Source: Auritidibacter sp. Marseille-P8566 (GTDB taxonomy: Bacteria; Actinomycetota; Actinomycetes; Actinomycetales; Microbacteriaceae). From it: DNA of 64,000 nt. Shown piece after piece: positions 9,752-20,956 of this stretch. The notes under the pieces were generated by a model that was not told the DNA's origin, made no database searches, and saw only the letters and a program-made list of their open reading frames with translations. The number at the start of each line of letters is the position of its first letter. Positions within the stretch are counted from its first letter, which is position 1. The stretch is taken from positions 450 to 64,449 of the forward strand of contig CAMDEV010000001.1 in assembly GCA_945896925.1 (NCBI GenBank), given 5' to 3'. The position numbers were made by a program, and so were the translations under genes.

Positions 9752-9770
9752 TTCTAGAAGTTAATAAAGG

Positions 9771-9804
9771 AAATCCCGCCTGAGACTTATTTCAGGCGGG
9801 ATTT
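9771..9804. terminator. Probably bidirectional intrinsic terminator between qcrB and ctaF
   Basis: Perfect 13-bp stem AAATCCCGCCTGA / TCAGGCGGGATTT with A/T-rich flanks between convergent operons. Confidence 0.85.
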
Positions 9805-9819
9805 TCATTTACTAAATAT

Positions 9820-10230
9820 TTAGTGAGCGTGTAATCCTCTGGAGTGCTCAAACACAAAACCGATTAGAGCAATGATTGCTAACGGGAAACCAATGATAAA
9901 CATCCACCAACCGACAGCTAGAGAGGTGAAGCAGATAGCTCCGCCGATACCAAGCATTATTGGCCACCAAGACCATGGTGCAAAGAAACCCATTTCAGCT
10001 TCACCGTCTTCGATGTTTGCATCCGGCATGTCTTCAGGGCCAGTAAAGTTCTTTGCAGTCTTGCCCAGGTAGAAGGCTAGGAACCCGGTCAGGAAAACTA
10101 GCATTCCAATTGCTGCAAAACCGATAACTTCGATCTCACCGTAGACAAGGTTTGACCAGTAACCGTAGACAGCTGCAACGATGATGTAAAAGACGGTCAG
10201 GAGATTAAAGATAGCTACGTTGGTCTTCAT
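9820..10230 (-). CDS. ctaF: Cytochrome c oxidase subunit 4 (actinobacterial)
   Basis: PED...GFFAPWSWWP motif, TM helices, follows ctaD. Confidence 0.92.
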   Translation of the reverse strand: MKTNVAIFNLLTVFYIIVAAVYGYWSNLVYGEIEVIGFAAIGMLVFLTGFLAFYLGKTAKNFTGPEDMPDANIEDGEAEMGFFAPWSWWPIMLGIGGAICFTSLAVGWWMFIIGFPLAIIALIGFVFEHSRGLHAH

Positions 10231-11885
10231 TATTTAACTTTCACCTTTGGGGCGTCTTGCGGTAACGACGCTGGGTCAGCAAAATCTGGGTGGTGCAAAT
10301 CAAATGCAGGAGACTCGCTTCTAATTCTTGGAATGCTCGTGAAGTTGTGTCTTGGGAATGGAGTTGCGGTTGCCCACTCTAACGAACGTCCATAACCCCA
10401 CGGGTCGTTTAGTTCAACTTTCACACCATTTCGATGAGTAATCCAAACATTCCACACGAACGGAAGCATGGAAAGAGCGAGTAATGCAGAACCCGCAGTT
10501 GAAACCTGGTTCATCCAAGTGAAGCCATCAGTTTCCAGGTATGTGGCATAACGTCTCGGCATACCAATTACGCCTAACCAGTGCTGAATTAGGAACGTGA
10601 CGTGAAAACCGAGAAACAGAAGCCAGAAGTGAATCTTTCCTAGACGCTCGTTGAGCATCTTTCCTGTCATCTTTGGCCACCAGAAGTAGAAACCAGCGAA
10701 CATCGCAAAGACCACAGTTCCAAACACTACATAGTGGAAGTGAGCCACAACGAAGTATGAATCGGACAGGTGGAAGTCAAGTGTAGGAGAGGCAAGAATA
10801 ACTCCAGTTAGACCACCAAAAATGAATGTGGTCAAGAAGCCCAAGCTCCAAAGCATTGGAGTTTCAAATGTGACAGATCCTCGCCACATTGTTCCAATCC
10901 AGTTGAATATCTTTACACCGGTTGGAACAGCAATAAGCATTGTTGTGAAAGCGAAGAAAGGTAGCAACACAGAGCCGGTGACATACATGTGGTGAGCCCA
11001 AACGGTCATCGATAGAGCGGCAATAGCGATTGTCGCGTAGACAAGAGTCCTGTAACCGAAGACTGGCTTGCGGCTAAATACTGGGAAGATCTCTGAAACA
11101 ATACCGAAGAATGGCAATGCAAGGATGTATACCTCTGGGTGACCAAAGAACCAGAACAGGTGCTGCCACAGCATTGGTCCACCGTTTGCTGGGTCAAATA
11201 TATGAGCACCGAACTTACGGTCCGCGCCAAGAGCAAACAGAGCTGCTGCTAGCGGTGGGAAACACATGATGACAAGGATTGATGTCACCAAAGTGTTCCA
11301 AGTAAAGATTGGCATACGGAACATGGTCATACCCGGAGCGCGCATGGTGATGATTGTTGTGATGAAGTTCACACCACCCATGATTGTTCCAAAGCCAGAA
11401 AGTGCTAGACCAAATACCCACAGATCTCCACCTAAACCAGGTGAGAAAGTAGTGCTAGATAGCGGAGCGTAAGCAAACCAACCGAATGAAGCAGCGCCCT
11501 GAGGTGTGAAGAAACCTGCAACAGCAATGAATGAACCGAAGAAGTAGAACCAGTATGCAATTGCGTTCAGTCTTGGGAAAGCAACATCCGGTGCACCAAT
11601 CTGAACGGGCATCAATACGTTAGCGAAACCTGCAAACAACGGGGTCGCAAACATCAAAAGCATGATGGTTCCGTGCATTGTGAAGAGCTGGTTATATTGC
11701 TCCTTGGTCTCAACGATGCTGAGCCCAGGCATCGCCAACTGAGCTCGAATCACCAAAGCCATAACACCGGCGATAAGGAAGTAGATGAAGGCAGTGATTA
11801 GGTATAGGTAACCGATTTTCTTGTGATCAGTTGTGGTCAGCCAATCGACTACGATTCGACCTCTAGATTGCTTTACTGTAGTCAT
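10230..11885 (-). CDS. ctaD: Cytochrome c oxidase subunit I (aa3 type)
   Basis: TMHGT, GHPEVY, WAHHM, VVAHFHY heme/Cu ligands. Confidence 0.97.
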   Translation of the reverse strand: MTTVKQSRGRIVVDWLTTTDHKKIGYLYLITAFIYFLIAGVMALVIRAQLAMPGLSIVETKEQYNQLFTMHGTIMLLMFATPLFAGFANVLMPVQIGAPDVAFPRLNAIAYWFYFFGSFIAVAGFFTPQGAASFGWFAYAPLSSTTFSPGLGGDLWVFGLALSGFGTIMGGVNFITTIITMRAPGMTMFRMPIFTWNTLVTSILVIMCFPPLAAALFALGADRKFGAHIFDPANGGPMLWQHLFWFFGHPEVYILALPFFGIVSEIFPVFSRKPVFGYRTLVYATIAIAALSMTVWAHHMYVTGSVLLPFFAFTTMLIAVPTGVKIFNWIGTMWRGSVTFETPMLWSLGFLTTFIFGGLTGVILASPTLDFHLSDSYFVVAHFHYVVFGTVVFAMFAGFYFWWPKMTGKMLNERLGKIHFWLLFLGFHVTFLIQHWLGVIGMPRRYATYLETDGFTWMNQVSTAGSALLALSMLPFVWNVWITHRNGVKVELNDPWGYGRSLEWATATPFPRHNFTSIPRIRSESPAFDLHHPDFADPASLPQDAPKVKVK

Positions 11886-11890
11886 TTGTA

Positions 11891-12754
11891 CTATCCCCGA
11901 ATCTCTGGGTTGTCACCTGGCAGATTGCTGTTTCTGTTCAGGTTCTCTGGGTCATCTGGAAGTGCTGGAACCTGGCCGGTGAAGCCCTGAGCAGCAAGAT
12001 TTGCAATGTGAGTGTCGTAATCAGCTTGAGAAACAACCTTCACGTTGAAAAGCATCAATGAGTGGAATTCACCACAAAGTTCGGCACATTTACCCTTGTA
12101 TTCGCCGATAACCTGCGGGGTGAAATACATCTTGTTGACTCGACCTGGGAAAACGTCCTTCTTGTATAGGAAGTCGATTACCCAGAATGAGTGAATTACG
12201 TCTCTAGAAACAAGATCAATCTCAATTGTTCTATCGACAGGTAAGTAAAGAGTTGGCAGTTCTGCCTCAGTACCGTCTTCTTGATATTGGATTCCGCTGT
12301 CAAAAACGTTGTTGTTTGTGTAGTTGAAGTCCCAAGACCACTGCTTTCCAACCACTTCGATGCGGTAATCGCTGGCTACAGGCTTCTCGATGGCTTCCAT
12401 ATCCCTTGCTGTTAGCGCAAAGAAGCCAATCACCATAATGAAAGGAACCACGGTGAAAAGGGTCTCAATCGGCATGTTGTAGCGAAGCTGAGGCGGAATC
12501 TCGGTGTCGCCCTTGCGCCTGCGGTACACGATGATCGCGTAAAACATCAATGCCCAAGCAATGATTCCCACTGCCCAAAGCACTATCCACGAACCAGCCC
12601 AAAGGCTGACAATGCGGTCAGTGTGGTTCGTTACGCCGGGAACACCCGGAAGCCACCCTCTTGAAAATTCATAAGAACTACATCCAGTAAGTGAGATTAG
12701 TAGCAGTGAAACAACAGGCAGAGCTGCCCATCTCAATCGGCGCTTAGGAAGCAC
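11891..12754 (-). CDS. ctaC: Cytochrome c oxidase subunit II
   Basis: Lipobox LTGC, DVIHSFW and CuA motif [12 protein letters not shown]. Confidence 0.95.
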   Translation of the reverse strand: MLPKRRLRWAALPVVSLLLISLTGCSSYEFSRGWLPGVPGVTNHTDRIVSLWAGSWIVLWAVGIIAWALMFYAIIVYRRRKGDTEIPPQLRYNMPIETLFTVVPFIMVIGFFALTARDMEAIEKPVASDYRIEVVGKQWSWDFNYTNNNVFDSGIQYQEDGTEAELPTLYLPVDRTIEIDLVSRDVIHSFWVIDFLYKKDVFPGRVNKMYFTPQVIGEYKGKCAELCGEFHSLMLFNVKVVSQADYDTHIANLAAQGFTGQVPALPDDPENLNRNSNLPGDNPEIRG

Positions 12755-12854
12755 AATCGACCCTTCAATTTCAAATCGTTATACTCCAAGTTTAGGCGTT
12801 AGAAAGCGGGCTTCGTGCCAAAACACAGGCGAAAGTAGTCAGTTTGAATACTTT

Positions 12855-13217
12855 TTAGTTGAAAGAAGAACCGCAGGCACAGGTTCCCTGGCTGTTTGGG
12901 TTATCGATCTCAAATGATCGCTTCTGGAACGTGTCCACAAAGTCAAAAGTAGCTCCATTGATGAAAGGAGCACTCATACCGTCAACGACAACTTCAACCC
13001 CGTCAAAGTCCTTTACCAGGTCATCTTCGCGAAGTTCAGGTGTTAACACGAAAGGCAAATATTGGAAGCCAGCGCAACCGCCGACTTTGACTTCGACTCG
13101 AAGGCGAAGCTTCTCCCCCTCAGCAAGGTCTGATAGGTCGGCAGATTCGATGTGACGACGAAGTTCAGCCTTAGCAGCATCAGTGATTTCAAGCCCGTGA
13201 GTTAGTGTGTCAGTCAT
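12855..13217 (-). CDS. HesB/IscA/ErpA-family Fe-S cluster carrier
   Basis: GGCAG and NPN...CACGSSF motifs; ATG at 13217 follows an AGGAGA SD. Confidence 0.9.
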   Translation of the reverse strand: MTDTLTHGLEITDAAKAELRRHIESADLSDLAEGEKLRLRVEVKVGGCAGFQYLPFVLTPELREDDLVKDFDGVEVVVDGMSAPFINGATFDFVDTFQKRSFEIDNPNSQGTCACGSSFN

Positions 13218-13272
13218 TTTTTCTCCTATTTTCATTCCAATTCTAAGCCGAATAGCTGGGAAAAGATAAGTT

Positions 13273-14697
13273 TTAGCCCTTTAGTTCATTGGAAGCTACC
13301 AAGAACAGAGCTTCGGCAACCATGGCATTCTTCAGCCCAACCAAATGGACTGACTCGTTAGGGCTGTGAGCCCTGGAATCAGCGTCTTCAACCCCCGTAA
13401 CGAGGATTTGAGCGGCTGGGAAGACCTCAGTTAGGTCGGCAATGAATGGTATTGATCCACCTATACCGATTTCAATAGCGGGGTTTCCAAATGCAACGCC
13501 AAGAGCCTGCTTCTTCAAAACGGAAGCCCAGCCTGAAGTGTCAGCCAAATAGGGCTTTCCAGTCTCAATTTCACCGAATTCAAGGACTGCACCGAATGGA
13601 ATGTTGGCCGTTAGGTGAGCTCTGAGGAGCTCAAGAGCCTCGTCTGGGTCTTGTCCTGAGGCGATTCTGAGGCTAATTTTGGCTGAAACAGCTGGGAGCA
13701 GCGTGTTTGAGGACATTGCAACAGATGGAACATCCAAACCTATGACTGTAATCGATGGCTTACCCCAGATACGGTCCATGATGCCACCCTCGCCAATTTG
13801 GCTAACCTGAGGCAAAAGGCTACTGTCAGCACGCAAATTGGCGTCTGTGTATGGCAGATCTTCGAATTTATGGGTCTTTAGGCCCGAAACGGCCACACTT
13901 CCATTGTCATCGTGCAGGGAAGCTAAAACCCTGAGCATAGGGATCATGGCATCTGGCACAGCCCCACCGAACATTCCAGAGTGGACAGCGTGCTCCATGG
14001 TCCTAACAGTGATTTCCTGAGAGACCATGCCTCGGAGAGAAACAGTCAGAGCGGGGACCTCAGGAGACCAGTTCATGGAATCGGCGACGATGATGACATC
14101 AGCGGCCAATTTTGCCTTGTTTTCCTCTAAGAAAGCCCTAAAAGTCCTGGATCCAGCTTCTTCCTCGCCTTCGATGAACACTGAGATACCGAGGTCGAAA
14201 TCCTCTCCAACTACAGCCTTCAGAGCGTCAATGGCTGCCAAGTGAGCCACAACGCCTGCTTTGTCATCGGCTGCTCCTCGACCGTATATACGGCCATCTT
14301 TAACGGTAGGTTCAAAAGCTGGTGTTTCCCAAACCGAATCATCCCCCGGTGGCTGAACATCGTGGTGTGCATAGAGCAGAACATGAGGCTTACCGTTTTT
14401 AGCTGGTCTGGAGGCAAGCACGGCCGGAGCACCTGGCTTTCCATCTACCGTTGCTGTCTTGACTTCGACTTTGTCAAAGACGCCGGTTTCTTCAAAGAGC
14501 TTTGCCACAGCCTCAGCGCTTCGCACTAGATCGTTTGCATCGAAAGCATCCCAAGCAATACCTGGAATACGAACAAGTTTCCCAAGGGTTGCAACCCGCT
14601 GGGTGAACTCACTCTCCACTCGGTCCCTAACTTTGTTAGCGAGATCTGAATTGGATGTAATGGCTGAATCTGAGATTGGCTCTGGAGAGAATGTCAT
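13273..14697 (-). CDS. M20/M25/M40 family metallopeptidase (dipeptidase)
   Basis: YAHHDVQP, GRGAADDK, EGEEE, AHSPNES. Confidence 0.92.
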   Translation of the reverse strand: MTFSPEPISDSAITSNSDLANKVRDRVESEFTQRVATLGKLVRIPGIAWDAFDANDLVRSAEAVAKLFEETGVFDKVEVKTATVDGKPGAPAVLASRPAKNGKPHVLLYAHHDVQPPGDDSVWETPAFEPTVKDGRIYGRGAADDKAGVVAHLAAIDALKAVVGEDFDLGISVFIEGEEEAGSRTFRAFLEENKAKLAADVIIVADSMNWSPEVPALTVSLRGMVSQEITVRTMEHAVHSGMFGGAVPDAMIPMLRVLASLHDDNGSVAVSGLKTHKFEDLPYTDANLRADSSLLPQVSQIGEGGIMDRIWGKPSITVIGLDVPSVAMSSNTLLPAVSAKISLRIASGQDPDEALELLRAHLTANIPFGAVLEFGEIETGKPYLADTSGWASVLKKQALGVAFGNPAIEIGIGGSIPFIADLTEVFPAAQILVTGVEDADSRAHSPNESVHLVGLKNAMVAEALFLVASNELKG

Positions 14698-14740
14698 GAG
14701 AGTAATCTAGAACACAACGGCAAGAAAACTAAGGACATAA

Positions 14741-15289
14741 ATGAGCGACCCACAGAAACCAGAAACTAAAACAGGTAACAGTAAAGGTCGCCCCACCCCC
14801 ACTAGAAAAGAACGAGAAGCGGCTAATAAGCGCCCCCTAGTAGGAAACCGCAGCAAAGAAGCTCGAGCTGCTGCACGCGAAGCTCAGAAAGCGGAACGTG
14901 ATAAAGCTAGAAGGCTTGCTATTGCTGGCGATGAAAAGTACTTGCTCCCTCGAGACCGCGGCCCTCAGCGCAAGATCATTCGAGATGTTCTAGACAACCG
15001 ATACACACTAATCGAAGGTCTAATGCCTTTGATGGTCCTCTTCTTGGTAGTGACTTCATTTACCGATGACCGTGCTAAAAACATCATCACTGTCGTGATG
15101 ATCTTGGCTCTTTTCGCTGTAACTCTAGAGGCAGCCATCATCAACCGAAAATCAGTTGCAAAGATACGCGAAAAACTTGGCGAAGACATCAAGCTTCAGC
15201 GCGGAAATTATCTATACACAGTTACCAGAGGTATGCAGCCACGACCTCTTCGACTTCCAAAGCCAGGACCTCGTAAGAGTTCCAAATAA
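14741..15289 (+). CDS. DUF3043 family membrane protein
   Basis: KGRPTPTRKEREAA, LPRDRGP, two TM helices, RLPKP C-terminus. Confidence 0.88.
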   Translation: MSDPQKPETKTGNSKGRPTPTRKEREAANKRPLVGNRSKEARAAAREAQKAERDKARRLAIAGDEKYLLPRDRGPQRKIIRDVLDNRYTLIEGLMPLMVLFLVVTSFTDDRAKNIITVVMILALFAVTLEAAIINRKSVAKIREKLGEDIKLQRGNYLYTVTRGMQPRPLRLPKPGPRKSSK

Positions 15290-15307
15290 CTATTCAAGGA
15301 GTTTGAC

Positions 15308-16309
15308 GTGCAATACAGATACCTAGGTAACAGCGGTTTCAAAGTCAGCGAACTTATTTATGGAAACTGGCTAACCCACGCAACTCAGATTGAAAACGAT
15401 GCAGCATACGCAACAGTGCACGCAGCCCTTGATGGCGGAATCACTACATTTGACACCGCAGATGTTTATGCAAACCAGGCTGCTGAAGTAGTTCTAGGTG
15501 AAGCACTAAAGGGTCAGCGTCGTGAAGGTCTAGAAATTCTGACCAAGGTTTACTGGCCAGTCTCAGAGAAAAAGCCAAACGACACAGGACTATCTCGTAA
15601 GCACATCATGGAGTCGATCAACGGTTCTCTGAAGCGTCTACAAACTGATTATGTTGATCTTTACCAAGCACACCGCTACGACGTAGAGACACCTCTTGAA
15701 GAGACCATGCAGGCATTTGCCGACATCGTTCGCCAAGGTAAAGCCCTATACATCGGTGTCTCTGAGTGGAACGCAGAACAGATTAGAGCTGGTCACAAAC
15801 TGTCAAAGGAACTGGGTTTCCAACTAATCAGCAGCCAGCCTCAGTACTCCATGCTTTGGCGCGTAATTGAAGCTGAAGTAATTCCTACCTGTGAAGAACT
15901 CGGTATCAGTCAGATTGTTTGGTCGCCTATGGCACAAGGTGTTCTGACCGGAAAGTATTTGCCAGGTCAACCAGTTCCTGAAAACTCTAGAGCAGCTAAT
16001 GAGAAGGTAAACAGTTTCATTCAGAAACTTCTCACTGATGAAGTACTAACTAAGGTTCAAGAGCTAAAGCCAATTGCTGAACAGTTGGGTGTCACGATGG
16101 CTCAATTTTCTCTAGCTTGGGTACTACAAAACAAGAACGTATCTAGTGCGATTGTTGGAGCAACTAACCCAGATCAAATCAAGAGCAACCTTGGTGCTGT
16201 TGGTGTTGAAATTCCTGCAGAAGTTATGGCAAAGGTCACAGACATCTTTGCAAGCATTGCGGTTACCGATCCAAAGGAAACCAAATCTCCAGAAGCTAGA
16301 TTGATCTAA
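15308..16309 (+). CDS. Aldo/keto reductase (KvB-like)
   Basis: LGNSGFKVS, FDTADVY, DLYQAHRYD, YIGVSEW, WSPMAQG. Confidence 0.93.
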   Translation: MQYRYLGNSGFKVSELIYGNWLTHATQIENDAAYATVHAALDGGITTFDTADVYANQAAEVVLGEALKGQRREGLEILTKVYWPVSEKKPNDTGLSRKHIMESINGSLKRLQTDYVDLYQAHRYDVETPLEETMQAFADIVRQGKALYIGVSEWNAEQIRAGHKLSKELGFQLISSQPQYSMLWRVIEAEVIPTCEELGISQIVWSPMAQGVLTGKYLPGQPVPENSRAANEKVNSFIQKLLTDEVLTKVQELKPIAEQLGVTMAQFSLAWVLQNKNVSSAIVGATNPDQIKSNLGAVGVEIPAEVMAKVTDIFASIAVTDPKETKSPEARLI

Positions 16310-17310
16310 ATACGATTTAGTTTTCTAGCCCAAAGCGGGCCGATGTATACGAAGCCGGTGTATCCCTGAACAAGGTTTGCTCCGGCTTTTAATCTTTCCT
16401 GAACCTGCTCTTTAGTTTCGACTCCCCCGACAGAAATAATCAAACTCGAAGAATCGAGCTCTTTACGGAGCAGGTTTAAGACTTCTAACGAACGATTATT
16501 TAGTGGAGCACCAGAGAGTCCGCCATTACCAATTTCTTCAATGCGGCTAGCAGTTTCATGTAAACCTGAACGACCAATTGTTGTGTTGGTGGCGATAACT
16601 CCAGCCAAACCTAACTGCTTTGAAAGATCTGCAATAGCAATGATGTCTTCATTGGCTAAATCAGGCGCAATTTTTACTAACACTGGTTTACCAAGAGACT
16701 CATCAATCACAGCTTCAAGAATAGGTTTCAAGGATTTGACCGATTGCAAATCTCGAAGACCAGGTGTGTTCGGTGAAGACACATTCACCGCTAAGTAATC
16801 CGCAAATGGAGCTAACAGCTTTGCACTGGTGCGATAGTCATCCGCAGCATTTTCTAACTCAACAACTTTGCTCTTGCCGATATTGACACCAATCACCGGA
16901 AGTGATTTGTTCTCTGCACGAAGCTTTCTTAAACGATGTGAAACAGCTTCAGCGCCATCGTTGTTGAAACCCATGCGGTTGATTAGAGCTCGATCTTGAA
17001 ATAATCTAAACAAGCGTGGACTCGGATTACCTGGTTGAGCAATTGCCGTTACAGTTCCAATTTCAATGTGTGAAAAACCCAACTCCCCAAGTGCCTTGAC
17101 TGCAGAAGCATTTTTATCGAAACCTGCGGCCAGACCAAATGCCCCGTCAAACTCAAAACCAAAAGCATGGACCTTATGAGTTCTAATCTTTGGCAGAAGT
17201 TTTGTGAGCCTTAGCTTTGATGCGGTTTGAATGACAAACATCCCAAAGTGGTGTGCTTTTTCAGGATCCATATTCGAGAAGATCAGCTTGAAAGCGAGTT
17301 TGTATAGCAC
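16306..17310 (-). CDS. pyrD: Quinone-dependent dihydroorotate dehydrogenase (class 2)
   Basis: GLAAGFDK, INRMGFNN, NVSSPNTPGLR, VKIAPD, GGLSG. Confidence 0.95.
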   Translation of the reverse strand: MLYKLAFKLIFSNMDPEKAHHFGMFVIQTASKLRLTKLLPKIRTHKVHAFGFEFDGAFGLAAGFDKNASAVKALGELGFSHIEIGTVTAIAQPGNPSPRLFRLFQDRALINRMGFNNDGAEAVSHRLRKLRAENKSLPVIGVNIGKSKVVELENAADDYRTSAKLLAPFADYLAVNVSSPNTPGLRDLQSVKSLKPILEAVIDESLGKPVLVKIAPDLANEDIIAIADLSKQLGLAGVIATNTTIGRSGLHETASRIEEIGNGGLSGAPLNNRSLEVLNLLRKELDSSSLIISVGGVETKEQVQERLKAGANLVQGYTGFVYIGPLWARKLNRI

Positions 17311-17355
17311 CTGACTAGGTTACCTTCCTAATAATCGATAAGTACTTAGGTAATG

Positions 17356-17384
17356 AAAAAGGGTCGACCCGAAAGCCGACCCTT
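17356..17384 (-). terminator. Intrinsic terminator of nrdR-nrdJ
   Basis: Minus strand AAGGGTCGGCT-TTCG-GGTCGACCCTTTTT: 11-bp stem with G-U pairs, UUCG loop, U tail. Confidence 0.88.
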
Positions 17385-17399
17385 GTTCACGATTTGTCT

Positions 17400-20246
17400 T
17401 TAGCTGCAACCGCTGGTTGATCCACAGCCTTCGCAGACGTGGCATGAACCAGAAGGTCTCATCTTGATTCCACAGTTGAAACATAGTGGCGCATCAGATT
17501 CGGTACCTTGTAGCATCTCAAACAATTCTGCTGAAGAGTGAACCTGTCTTGGTGCAACAGGTGCTTCTTCAACAATCAGTTCGATAACAACTGGCTTTGA
17601 CTCTACAACTGGCTCAACCGCTGCAGCTGCAGCAACTGGTGACTCTGCAATTGCTGGGTAGCTGCCAGATGCATCGAGTGTTGCTGATCTCTCAGCTGCA
17701 GTGTTGATGCCAAGTGCCTGACGAGTTTCAACCGGTAGATGATCGATTGCCAAACGACGGAAGATGTAATCCATCAGTGACTTCGCCATACGGATGTCTT
17801 TGTCATCAGTTAGACCAGCTGGCTCGAAGGACACGTTGGTGAACTTCTGCACGTAGGTCTCTAGAGGAACACCGTACTGTAGACCGATTGATACCGCGAT
17901 TGAGAATGCATCCATAACACCGGCAAGAGTTGAACCCTGCTTACCAAGCTTTAGGAACACTTCACCAAGAACGCCATCCGGGTACGTACCAGCAGTCATG
18001 TAACCTTCTGCTCCACCAACAGTGAATGAAGTGGTTGAAGATGGACGTGACTTAGGTAGACGCTTACGAACTGGGTGTGAAAGCGGTGCAGATTCGGCTG
18101 CAGTTTCAACAACCTGCTCTACAGTCTTAGCTTTTGCATCGCTGAGTGGCTGACCGACCTTACAGTTGTCACGGTAGATAGCAAGAGCCTTTAGACCCAT
18201 CTTCCAACCCTGGAAGTAGATCTCCTTGACTTCTTCAACAGTTGCAGTCTCAGGCATGTTTACAGTCTTTGAGATTGCACCTGATAGGAACGGCTGAACA
18301 GCTGCCATCATTCTTACGTGACCCATTGGCTCAATCGCACGAATACCAACAGCAGTGTCGAAGATTGCGTAGTGCTCAGGCTTTAGACCTGGAGCTTCTA
18401 CAACGTGACCGTTGGTGCTGATGTGGTCAACGATTGCTTCGATGGTCTCCTGTGAGTAGCCAAGACGGTGAAGAGCAAACGGAATTGTCTGGTTAACAAT
18501 CTGCATTGAACCACCGGTTGATAGCTTCTTGTATTTCACCAGTGAGAAGTCTGGTTCGATACCTGTGGTGTCACAGTCCATCATGAAGCCAATGGTTCCA
18601 GTAGGAGCCAATAGTGACGCCTGTGAGTTTCTCCAACCGTTGGTTGCGCCAATAGCAGTGTTTAGTGCCCACTCACGAGTAGCGGCTTCTAGAACTGCAC
18701 GGTCAACTTCGGTAACCGGACGGATGCTTGCGTTAGCAGCTTCGTGCTTACGCATGATTCGGTCGTGGCCTGCCTTGTTGTGAGCGTAACCGTCGTAAGC
18801 ACCTACGACACCTGCAAGCTCTGCTGAACGACGGTATGAAGATGCAGTCATCAACGAAGTGATCGCTGCTGCTAGTGCCTGACCTTCAGTGCTGTCGTAA
18901 GGAAGACCGATAGCCATAAGCAACGCACCTAGGTTTGCGTAACCAATACCAAGCTGACGGAATGCACGTGTGGTCTCGCCAATCTTTTCGGTTGGGAAGT
19001 CTGCGAAACAGATTGAAATATCCATTGCGGTGAAAATGAATTCACATGACTTCGCAAACTTGTGGCTGTCGAATGTGCCATCTGGGTTCAAGAACTTTAG
19101 AAGGTTCAAGCTAGCCAAGTTACATGATGAGTTGTCTAAGTGCATGTACTCAGAGCATGGGTTAGATGCTGTGATGCGACCTGACTCTGGAGTGGTGTGC
19201 CAGTCGTTGATGATGTCGTCGTACTGGATACCAGGGTCAGCACAAGCCCAAGCAGCTTCTGCAAACTTGTCCCAAAGTTCACGAGCATCAACTTCTTCGA
19301 TGACTTCACCATTGGTTCTAGCGCGTAGACCGAACTTAGTTCCGTGCTCAACTGCAAGCATGAACTCTTCATTTACACGAACAGAGTTGTTTGCGTTCTG
19401 GTACTGAACAGAGTTGATGTCCTTGCCACCAAGCTCCATGTCGTAACCTGCATCGCGTAGTACGCGGATCTTGTCCTCTTCACGAGCCTTGGTCTCGATG
19501 AATTCTTCAATGTCTGGGTGATCAACATCAAGCACAACCATCTTGGCTGCACGCCGTGTTGCTCCACCTGACTTGATAGTTCCTGCAGATGCATCAGCAC
19601 CTCGCATGAATGAAACTGGACCAGAGGCTGAGCCTCCAGATGAACGAAGAAGTTCCTTCGATGAACGGATGCGAGAGAGGTTCAAACCTGCTCCTGATCC
19701 ACCCTTGAAGATCATTCCTTCTTCGCGGTACCAGTTAAGAATTGATTCCATTGAGTCATCTACCGACAAGATGAAACAAGCTGAAACCTGCTGCGGGCTT
19801 GAAGTACCAACGTTGAACCAAACTGGCGAGTTGAAAGCAAAGATCTGGTTGACAAGCATGTAGGTAAGTTCGTGCTCGAAGATGGTTGCATCTTCTTCAG
19901 AAGCGAAGTAACCGTGGTCACGTCCACCCTTGGTGTATGTCAGAACAATTCTGTCAATAAGCTGACGAAGACTGAACTCGCGAGCTGGAGTTCCTAGCGC
20001 ACCACGGAAATACTTTGTGGTAACGATAGTTGATGCATTTAAGCTCCAGAATTCTGGGAACTCAACGCTACGCTGCTCGAAGATGGTCTCGCCAGTCTTC
20101 CAGTTGGTCTGCACTACGTCACGGTATTCCCAGGTGACCTGGTCGTAGGGGTGAACTCCCTCAGTTGTGTAGATGCGCTCAATCTTGAGCCCCTTACGCC
20201 CCTGACTAGCTGCACCGGCGTCGGTGTAAGCCGATGTATCGGTCAT
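17400..20246 (-). CDS. nrdJ: Class II adenosylcobalamin-dependent ribonucleotide reductase
   Basis: FNSPVWFN, SACFI, SNPCSEY (thiyl Cys), SSCNLAS, APTGTI, SGAISKTVN; C-terminal Cys cluster CFNC...CHVCEGC...GCS. Confidence 0.95.
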   Translation of the reverse strand: MTDTSAYTDAGAASQGRKGLKIERIYTTEGVHPYDQVTWEYRDVVQTNWKTGETIFEQRSVEFPEFWSLNASTIVTTKYFRGALGTPAREFSLRQLIDRIVLTYTKGGRDHGYFASEEDATIFEHELTYMLVNQIFAFNSPVWFNVGTSSPQQVSACFILSVDDSMESILNWYREEGMIFKGGSGAGLNLSRIRSSKELLRSSGGSASGPVSFMRGADASAGTIKSGGATRRAAKMVVLDVDHPDIEEFIETKAREEDKIRVLRDAGYDMELGGKDINSVQYQNANNSVRVNEEFMLAVEHGTKFGLRARTNGEVIEEVDARELWDKFAEAAWACADPGIQYDDIINDWHTTPESGRITASNPCSEYMHLDNSSCNLASLNLLKFLNPDGTFDSHKFAKSCEFIFTAMDISICFADFPTEKIGETTRAFRQLGIGYANLGALLMAIGLPYDSTEGQALAAAITSLMTASSYRRSAELAGVVGAYDGYAHNKAGHDRIMRKHEAANASIRPVTEVDRAVLEAATREWALNTAIGATNGWRNSQASLLAPTGTIGFMMDCDTTGIEPDFSLVKYKKLSTGGSMQIVNQTIPFALHRLGYSQETIEAIVDHISTNGHVVEAPGLKPEHYAIFDTAVGIRAIEPMGHVRMMAAVQPFLSGAISKTVNMPETATVEEVKEIYFQGWKMGLKALAIYRDNCKVGQPLSDAKAKTVEQVVETAAESAPLSHPVRKRLPKSRPSSTTSFTVGGAEGYMTAGTYPDGVLGEVFLKLGKQGSTLAGVMDAFSIAVSIGLQYGVPLETYVQKFTNVSFEPAGLTDDKDIRMAKSLMDYIFRRLAIDHLPVETRQALGINTAAERSATLDASGSYPAIAESPVAAAAAVEPVVESKPVVIELIVEEAPVAPRQVHSSAELFEMLQGTESDAPLCFNCGIKMRPSGSCHVCEGCGSTSGCS

Positions 20247-20298
20247 TTTGTTGCCTTTCCTCTTAGTTGTTTAGTTTTTATGCTGTAATCGCACTCGG

Positions 20299-20769
20299 TT
20301 AGACCGGTTGCGAAATCTGGTTTTCGCGCTCAACTTTGAGCACTGCTATTGCTGCATCGAAATCCTCTAAGCTTTCCCAGCCTTGGTAAACGCTGGCAAA
20401 TCTCATAAAAGCCACTTCGTCTAGCTTGCGAAGTGGTTCAAGGATGGCTAAACCAACCTCTTGAGCCTCAACTTGGGCCGTTCCTGTTGCTCTGATCGTT
20501 TCTTCAACTGTTTGAGCAAGCATTGCTAGGTCTGACTCTGTAACAGGTCTTCCCTGGCAAGCTTTACGAACACCATTGACAATCTTGTCTCTGCTGAACG
20601 GCTCGGTTGTGCCTCCCCTTTTTGCTACAAGAAGACTTGAGGTCTCCAAAGTAGAGAAACGAGCGCCACATTCGGGACATTGGCGCCTTCTGCGGATGCT
20701 TGATCCATCCTCAGAAGTGCGTGAATCCATGACTCTAGAGTCGATATGGCGGCAAAAAGGACAGTGCAC
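20299..20769 (-). CDS. nrdR: Transcriptional repressor NrdR
   Basis: CPFC...RRRRQCPEC zinc ribbon, ATP cone, RFASVY. Confidence 0.96.
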   Translation of the reverse strand: MHCPFCRHIDSRVMDSRTSEDGSSIRRRRQCPECGARFSTLETSSLLVAKRGGTTEPFSRDKIVNGVRKACQGRPVTESDLAMLAQTVEETIRATGTAQVEAQEVGLAILEPLRKLDEVAFMRFASVYQGWESLEDFDAAIAVLKVERENQISQPV

Positions 20770-20831
20770 GATTTGCCTCCACTCTTCTAGGGTCGTTTTC
20801 GATTAATTTACTCAAGAGAAACCTAATATAC

Positions 20832-20878
20832 ACACAAGATGTGGTGATATTTCATTTCTCCGTCCCTATATCTTGTGG
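20832..20878. promoter_or_regulatory. Tandem NrdR boxes upstream of nrdR-nrdJ
   Basis: ACACAAGATGTGGTGA (20832-20847) and TCCCTATATCTTGTGG (20863-20878) fit acaCwAtATaTwGtgt; starts 31 bp apart, the typical tandem spacing. Confidence 0.88.
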
Positions 20879-20956
20879 TTTTGTATTCCTAGAAGCAAAT
20901 TTCATTAGAAGTCGGCGTGTTGCCTATAACTACGGGGAAAGCGCATGCAAAACACT

